DNA of 64,000 bases from a virus: positions 21,970 to 85,969 of IMG/VR virus record IMGVR_UViG_3300028299_000002; one strand, written 5' to 3'. Every line of letters starts with the position of its first letter. The stretch's first letter is position 1. Positions 30,153 to 40,300 of this stretch are shown here, piece by piece. Made by a program: the position numbers and the translations under genes. The notes under the pieces were generated by a model that saw nothing but the letters and a program-made list of their open reading frames with translations, was not told where the DNA came from and ran no database searches.

Positions 30153-31694
30153 CTAAGAACATTTATCGAGAATTGTCTTTATAGTAATGAAATCCCGAAG
30201 CCGGAAAGACGTTTCGGCCTTTGCCATCTCGTTCAAATTGATTTTCTTTTCAGAAACACCTTTTTCAAGTTTGGCATGGAGTTCACTGTAATTTCCGATT
30301 TCAGCATCGGTTATTTCGGCCGCCTGCCCACCACCATCGGTTTTCGGAATAAATCTCTGCATATCGGCTATGCTTACTCCGGAACGTGATTTCATTAATA
30401 CCTGGACCGCTTCGGCAATCGGATGACCTTCGATAGTCAATGATTTTTCCAGATTTTCGACATATCCGGCAACCTTTTCAATCATATCACAAACACCAGT
30501 GAGGGACTTTTCCAGACCATCGCCCTGGGATTCGAGGGACTTCATTATGGAATTATTTTTTTCCTGAATGTCACTGGTAATCGAATGCAATTCACGCATG
30601 AACTGAGTAGCATCAATGACCACTTCATCATCATCGCCGATAAGACCTTTTTCAAGATCATCGGGATCGGCATCGGGGTCGGCATCAGGATCATCATCAG
30701 GATCATCATCAGGATCAGGATCGTCGTCACCGGCACCAGATTTGAATAATTTCATCATAAAACCTTTAATCAAACCGACATCTTCCTTAATGTCTTTCGC
30801 CAGACCTTCAATATCATCGCCGGTTTCATCTTCCACTTCGGCAGGACTCAGATCAAGAGATTTGGCTAATTCCTCAGCCTCATCCTGGGATTTACCAAGT
30901 TCCACGAAATGCGCTACCGCCTCTTCGTAAGTATTAAACGATTTCATAATAAAATCCTCCTTGTTTTTCTTATCGTTTTTTAACTTTTTTTTCTTTTTAT
31001 CGTTGGATTTATCGTCAATATCACCACCGGGAGCAGTGACTTTAACATTTGTATCAATATTATCTTTCACTATTACATCGCCACCGGTTTTAGTGGTTAT
31101 TTCCGTTTCTACTGGAGTCGCACTCAAACTTTTGAATATCGGTGCATTGTGTTGTTCAACCAGTTTCAGATAAGTGGATTTAAGTATCGGATTGGGGGTA
31201 ATGACTACATTGACAATCTTGGCACTTTTAACTAAACCGGTAGGTGTCCGTTTATTGCCATAACTTCCCTCAACGCTCCAGCCAACAGTCTTTTGATGGT
31301 CCGGGAATTCTTTATTATGTTGCTCAATGGCTTTTAGCATTTTCCATGTCTGATCGGCCATATCGTGATTTTTAAATAAAGCACCTTTAATTACGGTGCT
31401 GTTTTCATTGGTAAAGCGTTCATGGGGAAAACCGATAACATTTACCGGTGAATTTTTTGGAAGATGTTCATATTTGATTACACCATTTGAATCGAAATAA
31501 GAGAAGTCAAGCGATTTTTGCATAAGACGCTCGCCCTGTTCATCTCTCTGGGTATTGCTGATCTCACCTAATACAATCCGCTTTTCATCATTCTCAGGTG
31601 ATGTTGATTTCTCAAGATCAATCATCCCTAATAAACTGAAATCAGGCTCATAAGCCATGACTTCTTGCATATTTAGATCAGATAGTTCTCTCAT
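30153..31694 (-). CDS. Prohead protease fused to scaffold
   Basis: GEISNTQRDEQGE, IKYEH, GWSVEG, VITPNPI protease motifs; acidic coiled C-terminus with DPDDD repeats; likely ATG at 31694 after GGAG. Confidence 0.85.
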   Translation of the reverse strand: MRELSDLNMQEVMAYEPDFSLLGMIDLEKSTSPENDEKRIVLGEISNTQRDEQGERLMQKSLDFSYFDSNGVIKYEHLPKNSPVNVIGFPHERFTNENSTVIKGALFKNHDMADQTWKMLKAIEQHNKEFPDHQKTVGWSVEGSYGNKRTPTGLVKSAKIVNVVITPNPILKSTYLKLVEQHNAPIFKSLSATPVETEITTKTGGDVIVKDNIDTNVKVTAPGGDIDDKSNDKKKKKLKNDKKNKEDFIMKSFNTYEEAVAHFVELGKSQDEAEELAKSLDLSPAEVEDETGDDIEGLAKDIKEDVGLIKGFMMKLFKSGAGDDDPDPDDDPDDDPDADPDADPDDLEKGLIGDDDEVVIDATQFMRELHSITSDIQEKNNSIMKSLESQGDGLEKSLTGVCDMIEKVAGYVENLEKSLTIEGHPIAEAVQVLMKSRSGVSIADMQRFIPKTDGGGQAAEITDAEIGNYSELHAKLEKGVSEKKINLNEMAKAETSFRLRDFITIKTILDKCS

Positions 31695-31704
31695 ACATTT
31701 CTCC

Positions 31705-31749
31705 AAAAAAATAGCCCATAATCATTGGTGAGTTCCAACAATTACGGGC
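31705..31749 (-). terminator. Intrinsic terminator/attenuator immediately before the protease RBS
   Basis: 15-bp stem GCCCGTAATTGTTGG/CCAATGATTATGGGC (3 G-U pairs), 6-nt loop, then UAUUUUUUU. Confidence 0.75.
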
Positions 31750-31823
31750 CACATGAGGGGTTCAGTGAAAATAATTACATAGACATTTCCTTAGACACAG
31801 AATAATTCTCAATAAGCATCTTC

Positions 31824-31853
31824 AATATACATACCACCTGAATATAATGTCAA
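31824..31853 (-). promoter_or_regulatory. Sigma70-like promoter for the head operon leader
   Basis: TTGACA-18 nt-TATATT; spacer contains ATTCAGGTGG. Confidence 0.6.
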
Positions 31854-31989
31854 TAATTATGACAAATATTTCAGATGTTTGTTTACTGACGAGGAATTAG
31901 ATACTTATTAAATTATTAGCAGTATTTTGAAGGGATAAATTAGAGATTCAATGTTATTTGGCATGTTTCCGTATATTTGATTTTATCAT

Positions 31990-32769
31990 TCATCTATTCA
32001 ATTGTCTTCCCCCGGCAATTTCATTGATTTTTTGAACCAGGTCCATCCGCTTGAACGTAATATGGAATGATCCCTTTTTATACCATTTACACTTAAAATA
32101 GTCAGTTTCACATTCAAATATCTTTTTGCTTGTGGCTTCTTTAATAACCGTCAGCAGATCATTTGGATATTTCACTATCCCCTTACCATCCAATAAATGA
32201 AATACATTATCGATAGACCGGATTTCCTGCTCATAGTAATGATTAACGCCAAGATAATATTCGCTGCATTCAATCCACCGATCCATGATAACTTTTTTAC
32301 CAACCATGAACTGTGAATTAGTCTTATAATTGTTTCGTCTTGGCCGGAACAGGTCAAATACCTCTCTGACCGACTCATCCATAAAATCGCCCAGGTTGTG
32401 AGTAAGGTCATTCAGAAACGACATAACATTTTCAATCGTTAATTCCGGCATACCATCATTATTATAGAGATTCCGGCTCAGATCACGTTCCCGTTTAACG
32501 GTAATCATTTTGCGTATTTCGGTCCTGTCAACAATTGATCTCCAGGCTTGGGAATTCAGATGCTTTTGGATTATCTTATAGTCCATCGTATAATCACTGA
32601 CACTTTGATTAAATATGGTACAATGACTATCCCCAAATACATTCCGCAAACGACTTTTGGCACTATCAACTAAATTTACGGCCTGTTGAATTTCACCACA
32701 TACAATATTGAATGTATTAATCATTTCGGTGATAGTGTTCGGTTTAATGATATCTCTTGTGTTATTCAT
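31990..32769 (-). CDS. DUF4942-like protein (resembles the C-terminal domain of phage methyltransferases)
   Basis: Likely start MNNTRD at 32769; YFKCKWYKKGSFHITFKRMDLVQKINEIAG. Confidence 0.7.
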   Translation of the reverse strand: MNNTRDIIKPNTITEMINTFNIVCGEIQQAVNLVDSAKSRLRNVFGDSHCTIFNQSVSDYTMDYKIIQKHLNSQAWRSIVDRTEIRKMITVKRERDLSRNLYNNDGMPELTIENVMSFLNDLTHNLGDFMDESVREVFDLFRPRRNNYKTNSQFMVGKKVIMDRWIECSEYYLGVNHYYEQEIRSIDNVFHLLDGKGIVKYPNDLLTVIKEATSKKIFECETDYFKCKWYKKGSFHITFKRMDLVQKINEIAGGRQLNR

Positions 32770-33409
32770 TGTTATGACTTCCCCTATAATCCAAACAAAC
32801 CTGTCTGGCCTCCAATAATTCCCGGATTTGTTCATTCGTTCCACCATGATCGGGATGCCGTTGAATAGCAAGTTTTTTGAATTCCCGGTTTATTTCATCG
32901 GCTGTTGCAGTATTATCAAGCCCCAAGACTTCGAAACTTTTCCCCACCTTATTATTGGATGAACTAAATGCTAATTCGTTGATCCAACTGCCAAATAGAC
33001 GGTAGAACCAATCAAAATTATTAAAATTCCGATCCTGGTTAAACCAATCATAATGGTTGAATTCTCGTTCCTGTTCCCTCTGCTGCTCTCGTTCCCTTTT
33101 CTCACGTTCTTTTTGCCTGAAATATTCAGGGAACAGTTCTTTTTTCAATGTGATTATCTCTGTAGCGTAGAAATAATTCCACAGTTTATCAGGCAATCCA
33201 CCAACGGTTTTATTGTGAATGCCATCCCATTTTGCCCGAATAGCATGTACGGCATTATTAAATCCCTTGATTGTTCCCCTGGCATTCCCAACTATCAATA
33301 ATTCATTAAAATCGTTTCGAAATTCCTTTATGAATTCCTGGTGATTGAACTTATTATCAATATCCAGTTTATACTTTTTCACATAGTATTTTGTGGGATT
33401 AATACTCAT
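32762..33409 (-). CDS. DnaJ (J-domain) protein
   Basis: C-terminal FEVLGL..EINREFKKLAIQRHPDHGG. Confidence 0.8.
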   Translation of the reverse strand: MSINPTKYYVKKYKLDIDNKFNHQEFIKEFRNDFNELLIVGNARGTIKGFNNAVHAIRAKWDGIHNKTVGGLPDKLWNYFYATEIITLKKELFPEYFRQKEREKREREQQREQEREFNHYDWFNQDRNFNNFDWFYRLFGSWINELAFSSSNNKVGKSFEVLGLDNTATADEINREFKKLAIQRHPDHGGTNEQIRELLEARQVCLDYRGSHNNE

Positions 33410-33411
33410 TG

Positions 33412-33603
33412 CTATTCTTTATCCCCATTATTTTTAACCCATTCATCACGTTTTTGTCTGGCATCACGAAGCGTATTTGCAATACACGAAAATAGCGTTC
33501 CGCCTGGTGTACGGTAATCGTATTGAACTTTCCGCTTTCTGTTTGTCAATTTGTACCATTTATATTGTTCCGTACCGGGTTTGCAGTTTGCAGGATTTAA
33601 CAT
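33412..33603 (-). CDS. Small phage protein (DUF3873-like)
   Basis: QYDYRTPGGTLFSCIANTLRDARQKRDEW. Confidence 0.65.
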   Translation of the reverse strand: MLNPANCKPGTEQYKWYKLTNRKRKVQYDYRTPGGTLFSCIANTLRDARQKRDEWVKNNGDKE

Positions 33604-33836
33604 GATACATTCTCCCGTTTTATTCTTTTAAATATTTGGAAACATGTAGATATCTTCCCCAGATCATTAAGCGTATCAATTGCCATATCGACATTTTTAT
33701 AATTCCCGGTTAATACCTTTCTTATGTATTTCTCAGAAACACGCTTTTCAGATCCATTTTGTTTACTGATTGCTATATAATTACGCTTTGGCATCTTACT
33801 CCCCCTATGGTTATCGACCATTGGTTTCTCATGCAT
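33597..33836 (-). CDS. Hypothetical protein
   Basis: Tightly packed ORF; probable start at MPKRNY. Confidence 0.5.
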   Translation of the reverse strand: MHEKPMVDNHRGSKMPKRNYIAISKQNGSEKRVSEKYIRKVLTGNYKNVDMAIDTLNDLGKISTCFQIFKRIKRENVSC

Positions 33837-33842
33837 TTCAGA

Positions 33843-34127
33843 TTAACCTATTTCGGGATGAAAACCAAACCCATCATTCCAATCCACCAATATCTCTGTG
33901 CAACCAGCATCATTCATCGCCCAATCAAGTAGTTTCTGCTGCATATCACAAGCACAATTATCGGTTAATGCCCCGGAATAATACAAATTATCATCATCAT
34001 CATAAAGTTTGAATTTACCTTCATATTCAGGCTTACCATTTATCTCAAAGGTTTTACCGGCCCGGTATGTCCGTTCTCCCTTTTTGGAAATGTTGTCTCT
34101 TTTTATTGTTGCCGTGAGATGTGTCAT
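33843..34127 (-). CDS. Small phage protein
   Basis: FKLYDDDDNLYYSG..AGCTEI; GAGG RBS; follows a promoter repeat. Confidence 0.7.
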   Translation of the reverse strand: MTHLTATIKRDNISKKGERTYRAGKTFEINGKPEYEGKFKLYDDDDNLYYSGALTDNCACDMQQKLLDWAMNDAGCTEILVDWNDGFGFHPEIG

Positions 34128-34164
34128 CTTGTCCTCTGTTTTTAATTACCGTTTCTCTCTATCC

Positions 34165-34193
34165 TATAATACATGCAATTCCAGATTTGTCCT
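34165..34193 (-). promoter_or_regulatory. Conserved early-type promoter motif, copy 1
   Basis: AGGACAAATCTGGAATTGCATGTATTATA; also at 35644 and 61820. Confidence 0.7.
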
Positions 34194-34360
34194 ATTAATA
34201 ACTCCCACCATAACACCGGCATCTATTATTCAATTTGTGTTTGCTCAGTACGGCATCTTCGTCAATTTGGTTTGTTTTAACGATCCGGTCTATCTGTCTG
34301 CTAATCCGGTTATAATCGGCCTCCAATTTATAAATTATCTCCCACGGTGTGTTTTTCTGA

Positions 34361-34648
34361 TCATAGTGTAAAACTCACTTTGTAAGGTGTTATTAATTGA
34401 CTCTCATCAGTATATGATATCAGCTCACCAATCATTTCTCTGGTATTAAATATCGAAGTACCGGCAATTTTCTCTTTGATTTCAAACTGGACTTTCCCGG
34501 ATGTTTTTACAATGTTTCTCATTGTTTCAATATCTTTGAAAAATATGGATATAACCTTGCCGAATTCAGAATGGGAATACAAAACAGCATCATAGATATC
34601 ATCGTTGACCACGACCAGTATTTTCTTTAATTGTTCCCAGATTTTCAT
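34361..34648 (-). CDS. Hypothetical protein
   Basis: 95-aa ORF with GAGG RBS. Confidence 0.6.
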   Translation of the reverse strand: MKIWEQLKKILVVVNDDIYDAVLYSHSEFGKVISIFFKDIETMRNIVKTSGKVQFEIKEKIAGTSIFNTREMIGELISYTDESQLITPYKVSFTL

Positions 34649-34801
34649 TTGTTACCTCTTATAATATTACGACAATAATTATTAAGATCATCACCCAGGC
34701 TAATCAAACCAACCCCTATAATACCGTTGATTTCCACTACGACATCAATCAAATCGGTAATGGTCAAACCCTTTTCCAAAACCAATTTTTTAATTTCTTC
34801 G

Positions 34802-35170
34802 TCAGTCATTTGATACTCCTAATAATTTTTCACGTATGGCCTGAGCTGTGATACATGTGTCAGTTTCTTTTCCATGAGTTTTAAATACATATCCAAGATC
34901 ACGACAGGCTAAAGCTGCCTGCCAAAGAGTTCTGCCCGTACCGGTAATGATGATATCTCTTATATCATTCCATATTGGTGCTTTCTTTTCAGCCAAATTT
35001 AATAATTGCTGACATTTACGATGGAATACCGGCGGTGCCTGGCCCATCGGTGATATCTGGTATATTGCATTTATATGAGATAACAGGTCTTCCTGTATCT
35101 TATCCAACCGTTCAAGTTGTTTCATCTTCCGCCAGAATCGCTTATCCATTGATGGTAATTGATTATTCAA
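34802..35170 (-). CDS. Hypothetical protein
   Basis: 122 aa, ATGA-coupled to the upstream ORF. Confidence 0.6.
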   Translation of the reverse strand: MNNQLPSMDKRFWRKMKQLERLDKIQEDLLSHINAIYQISPMGQAPPVFHRKCQQLLNLAEKKAPIWNDIRDIIITGTGRTLWQAALACRDLGYVFKTHGKETDTCITAQAIREKLLGVSND

Positions 35171-35412
35171 ACCCGGTCCCTTCCATTATGAAAATACTGG
35201 ATTGCTTCAACTAACTCCGCCTGATTTTCCGGGTATGTCACAAACTTAGGATCAGCCGTGATACCACCTGACCGGTCCGATAAGCTGGCAAGATCAACCC
35301 GGCCATATTTATCCGTTAGTCCGGTATCATACCAATATTGGCCTTTATAGTATGCTACTTTCATAAACTTGCGGTTTTTCTCAGACTGCCCGTTATACCC
35401 TGCGGATAGCAT
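35167..35412 (-). CDS. Hypothetical protein
   Basis: Probable start MKVAYYKGQ; coupled ORFs. Confidence 0.55.
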   Translation of the reverse strand: MLSAGYNGQSEKNRKFMKVAYYKGQYWYDTGLTDKYGRVDLASLSDRSGGITADPKFVTYPENQAELVEAIQYFHNGRDRV

Positions 35413-35576
35413 TCAGGATGAGATTCAATTTGTCGTATTCTGATTCCGGCAAGTTTCCCACGTTGGTTCCGTTGCTGATCAGGCGACATCTTTTCAAATA
35501 TCTCTTTATCAACCTTCGCCAAACCGTATTCAATTTCATCAACCGCCTTTTGATGCTGCACATTTAGACTATCCAT
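35361..35576 (-). CDS. Hypothetical protein
   Basis: GGGGAG RBS; first gene after promoter copy 2. Confidence 0.6.
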   Translation of the reverse strand: MDSLNVQHQKAVDEIEYGLAKVDKEIFEKMSPDQQRNQRGKLAGIRIRQIESHPECYPQGITGSLRKTASL

Positions 35577-35589
35577 TTTTTAACTCCCC

Positions 35590-35617
35590 GCCCTGCCGGT
35601 TAAGACAGGGCTTTTTT
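35590..35617 (+). terminator. Hairpin plus T-tract (plus-strand terminator; 5'-UTR hairpin on minus)
   Basis: GCCCTG-N10-CAGGGC-TTTTTT. Confidence 0.5.
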
Positions 35618-35643
35618 GTTCGGTTGTCAATTCTCTCTCACTA

Positions 35644-35672
35644 TATAATACATGCAATTCTGAAATTGTCCT
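35644..35672 (-). promoter_or_regulatory. Conserved early-type promoter motif, copy 2
   Basis: AGGACAATTTCAGAATTGCATGTATTATA. Confidence 0.7.
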
Positions 35673-35909
35673 TATATGGAATAAATTCCCAAATATTCCA
35701 ACTATTTTACATAAATAATTCTCCTCTATAAAAACAAATATTCTATTGGAACTTTATTGGAACTTTGATTTTATAAATGTTCAAACGGAATTAACTGGTT
35801 TAACGGTATCGGAATGGGATTTATTGTATTACCCTTTTTGTAGATAAAAACTAACTATTTACTTACAAATTGTTAGTGTTAGTATTCTTTGTTACTATTT
35901 AATGATTAC

Positions 35910-36863
35910 TTATTCTAATATTAACCGAATGAAATCCAATATATGTTGATCTTCGGATGTCATTGACTTTTCAAGTAATGACCTGTATTTCTCAAAATAT
36001 GGTTTCAATATTGGTTTGATCAGACTGATTCGATTACTGGCATAACGTCGATCCTTACCAAGTTTTTTACTGATTTCGTCCAATGTCTGCGGCGTTTTAT
36101 ATTTACCTATCCCCAGGTACATTTGAATTATTTGATAATCAACGTTTTTAATCTTCCCCTGTTTCTGGAGTTTCTTTATCGGTATCATTAGCCTTTCAAT
36201 TTGTGGTATATCAGAATTTAACTGAATATCATCACTGGATGAGACATTATCATCTATTGGTTCAATTGTATTTGCCTTATTAGTCTCAATCCGATTGACA
36301 ATCTCTAATGTTTTTTTAGCATCGTACATTTCACCGGTTTTATTGTATTTCAATTTAATATTGTTGGCAATTGTCTCAGCATCCGGATAGTTCCCATGGA
36401 TTTTATAATACTTATCTTTAAATTTATCAATTACCCGTCTATGCCGAAGATCATAGTACGATAAATTAACCTGTGATTGCAACTTTATTCCAACGCCCCA
36501 CATAGCACCGGATATTCGTTTGTTCATAATGATTTTCAGTTCATTCTTATTTATTTTCCGTTTGATATTATCATTATACGTCTTAATACAGGCCATACGA
36601 CCGGCGGCCAACATATCCGCAAATGTTCCGATCGGCTGACCATCATAATATTCCACTCCGACATTGAGTTTATTCGCTATGTTTTTCGCCATCCCAACAT
36701 AATATCTGATATTATCCGTAAAATAGTCTGCCCCGGCCTCACTAACTTTTCTAAGTCGGTCCATGCCTTTTTCACCATATTGGATATTACCATGTTTATC
36801 AACCCAATATTGTCCACCCCTGATACCGGGATTTTTAATATTAACTGCTTTTATTATTATCAT
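35910..36863 (-). CDS. Sigma70-family sigma factor-like protein with N-terminal PGxRGG tag
   Basis: Region 2-like DMLAAGRMACIK, region 3-like HGNYPDAETIA, region 4-like TLDEISKKLGKDRRYASNRI. Confidence 0.7.
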   Translation of the reverse strand: MIIIKAVNIKNPGIRGGQYWVDKHGNIQYGEKGMDRLRKVSEAGADYFTDNIRYYVGMAKNIANKLNVGVEYYDGQPIGTFADMLAAGRMACIKTYNDNIKRKINKNELKIIMNKRISGAMWGVGIKLQSQVNLSYYDLRHRRVIDKFKDKYYKIHGNYPDAETIANNIKLKYNKTGEMYDAKKTLEIVNRIETNKANTIEPIDDNVSSSDDIQLNSDIPQIERLMIPIKKLQKQGKIKNVDYQIIQMYLGIGKYKTPQTLDEISKKLGKDRRYASNRISLIKPILKPYFEKYRSLLEKSMTSEDQHILDFIRLILE

Positions 36864-37098
36864 GTTCGCCCCTGGATATTTTTTTTATAACATATTTAAA
36901 TGTCATAAAATTTGTTGGTAAATTGAACTCATTATTACATTTAGCACACATTCCCCACACTTTATTCCGATCACGTAGAATATACATTTGATAGTACATT
37001 GTTATCGATGGGTCTTGTTTAAATGGCCGAACTATTCGATAACCGCAATTACTACATTTGCCATTATCTAATGTCCCCTTTATCCGTGGTCTACTCAT
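36841..37098 (-). CDS. Zinc-ribbon protein (Com-like)
   Basis: CSNC...CAKC. Confidence 0.55.
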   Translation of the reverse strand: MSRPRIKGTLDNGKCSNCGYRIVRPFKQDPSITMYYQMYILRDRNKVWGMCAKCNNEFNLPTNFMTFKYVIKKISRGEHDNNKSS

Positions 37099-37348
37099 GC
37101 GATGCCAATATATTAGTCATCATATAATAGGCTTTTTCTGCCTCTGCCCGAACTGTTTTAATCTCTGCATATTCCTGTTTCTCTCTGTCTGACAGGATTG
37201 TTTTTTGAGATAGTATTTTGATTCTTGACGTTGCATTATCATGGATAGATTTTGCCTCTTTAATCAACTCCCGTGTTTCTGCCAATGTCTGAGATAATAC
37301 CTTATCGGTGCTTTTAAGTCGCTCTGAAATAACTGACGCTGCTCCCAT
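37091..37348 (-). CDS. Hypothetical coiled-coil protein
   Basis: 85 aa, GGAG RBS. Confidence 0.55.
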   Translation of the reverse strand: MGAASVISERLKSTDKVLSQTLAETRELIKEAKSIHDNATSRIKILSQKTILSDREKQEYAEIKTVRAEAEKAYYMMTNILASHE

Positions 37349-37356
37349 GATCTCTC

Positions 37357-40300
37357 CTATATCACAAATACAATTTTATTGGATTTCATTAACACACCCT
37401 GATCATCGGTACGTTTAGCATTATCGACTAAACTCATTACCGATTTCTTATCCTCAAGCCTGGTTTCGGTTCGAATATCATGTGGTGTATCTGTCAATAC
37501 TAAATGACCGTCAACTGTCATTTCTTTGGGTACGCCTGTCCGGTTCGAACGGCTGAAGAACTGGTCTATTGTCGAATAACTATTTGCTCCACTTGCCATT
37601 GCAATAGCGGTCGTTGCCCCCATTTCGCCAGGCTTGCCGGTATATTGCAGATTCAATCCCTCTGTACCGGCATCGGTATGGATGGCGAACCGGACATTCT
37701 TATCGGTTCTGAAACTGGTTTTGTTTTTATCAATATCATCCAACTTCGTTTTTCCGTCAAATCTGACAATCCCGGACCCTGGATAATTTTTCTTTAAATA
37801 GCGTTCGATCTCGTTTACTGTACCGTATTGCTGTGCATAGATCAGTACCTTTTCGTCCGGCCCCTTTGTTTTGATATGCTCATTAATGATATCGCCCATT
37901 TTGGTAAACTTCTCATTATTTTCAAACTTGGTAGAGTTCAATACCCGGTTTAATTTCTGGTCCCGTTGCAGTACATCAAACTTTTTCGCTTTATAGTCTT
38001 CCATTGTCTTTTTATACTGTGTTTTTTGAATATCTGACAACCCGGCGTTATGAATATGCTGATTGAATGTATGTTGGAGATCCTTGCGAACTGTAAAAAC
38101 CCTGTCATCAATCTCTCGATGCAGTATTTCAGTCAGTTTATCCTTCATTCCTGCGCCACGATGAAGATTTTTGTACTTTTCCATAAAGGCTTTTTGATTC
38201 CCATATTTTTCTGGATCAATGGTCTTCAGATAGAAATAGAGTTCAGACAGATCGTTGGGAGTCGGTGAACCGGTACCCGCAACGAAATACGGCATTGACG
38301 CTGCCAGATCAGACAATCCTTTGCTCATCCCGGATGATCCACGACCTTCCCGTTGTGTTGATTTATGCGCTTCATCGACAATCATCATATCAAAACCGGC
38401 ACCTTTAATAATGTCATTATCAAACAGGTACTTTTCTTTATTGACCAATACAATCGTATTCGGATCACTATTATAGAGTTTTTGACGTGCATTTTTATTC
38501 GATGAATCAACGATTATAACATTAAAATCAGAGAATTTCTTAACCTCATCGCTGAAATTCGGCATCAGTTTCTTTGGCATAGAAATAATAGTTTTCGGCA
38601 TCTTACCCGTCTGTTCTCTGATCTCTGCGATGGCAGACAGGTAGGCCGCGCTCTTGCCGGTCCCGGCCTCGAAATTCAGATATGCCCGTTTTTCCTTAGC
38701 GATTAGTCGTGCTGCTGATTGTTGATGTGGAGTAATTACCAATTTCTGCGATACCCCGTTTTTATCCGGCGGTAAATATGCGTTCAGTCCTTCAGGCAGA
38801 TAATCACTAATATTCGCTTTACCGGCCTTAATATCTGATGTAGTCATTTCACCAATCTGTTGCTTGGTAACTATCGGACGTTCTTTGATCATTTTCTCAA
38901 ATGCGGCTGGCCGGATAGTCATTTTATAACTACCTTCGCCCAACATTGTAATATTGACATCGGACTTATTTAATTTCAGTTTATCCCTTATAGAATTGAG
39001 TCTCGAACGGCTCGAAGATGAGAATTCCATATTTCTCTTTTTATTCTCGAATTGATATAACAATTCCGCCGCCTGGTTTAATGATCCCTCAGCCTGGCCA
39101 TAACTCTCATAGGCTCTCTGAATATACTGCAATGCTGTTGCATTGGCCTGTACCCGATCGCCAAACAAGGCACCTTCGCCATGACCAAAATTCTTTGTCC
39201 TTTGCGCCCTGTCCAGATATTTATCTCCATTCTGCATTCCATTTTTAGCAACATTCTGGCCGTGTTTTTCAATGTACTTTTTAAGATTACTTATCTCATT
39301 GCCGTATTTATCGGCTCCCATGCTGTTTTCAAGATAGTAATTCATTAACATGGCAGCATTGCTCGATCCCAATGTCTTGTAAGTGTCCAGGTCCATAATA
39401 CTATTCCCGGAAGACTCACCGGTTATCCCGATCATGGCCTCAAATCCACCTTTGGTAATATTTCGGGCAATTGTTGTTGATCCCGTCCCCTTACCTGTAA
39501 TTTCCTCACCTTGCTTATTTATTCCGCCCCTGGTGTTGATAATCAGTCGGTAATGATCATCTATCTCCATTTCAACCGCTTTTTCGTTTTTCAATACTTC
39601 CAGAATTTCATCATTACTCATTGGTTTGATTTCCATGATATCACTACCACCGGTATACTTCACCTTATTCTGCAATATTTTTGAAACGGCTGACTTTTCA
39701 CGTTGATAGGCTTTGATCTGGTAATGAAATTTCAGAAATTCCTCTGCATTTTCTTTGATGATCTCCCGAAGATGTTTCTTTTCGTCCGGTAAATCCGTTG
39801 TATCTGATCCAAGCATAGCCTCTTTAGCCTCAGATATAACCTCGTCAATGGCCTTATCACGCTCAGATTTAATTTTATGGAGCTGTTTTAACCGTTCAAT
39901 ATTCCGTTCCTTTGTATCGGCTATTTTGGATATGTCTTTTTCGATTTTATCCCGTTCCTCTTTGCTTATATCGGTTTGAACGCCCAATTTCTCACGGATT
40001 TTACTATGCAATTCCTCTTTTGTCTGTTTTTGGGCAGTCTCAATCTCTTTTTTACGGTTTACGGCCTCGTCACGTTCATCTTCACTTAATTCCGGCTTTT
40101 TGTTATCGGTTTCCTCTTTTTTGGCCTCATCATTTTTAGCACTCTTTGGCTGTAATACTTTGTGAGTTAGTCCCGATTTACCAGGTGCCCAGGCAATTGT
40201 TGCGGTACCATCACTATGGGGAACAATAAATATATGTCGCCCGTGCATCGGACTTGATTTGTCGGTAATTGTGATCCACTTACCACCCGGATATTTCTGT

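Noticed and set aside
30616-30735. GGATCATCA-type tandem repeats as a mobile or regulatory repeat
   Set aside because: Simply encode the Asp/Pro linker of the scaffold.
35744-35765. 11-bp tandem repeat TATTGGAACTT as an origin iteron
   Set aside because: Only two copies, and no initiator gene nearby.
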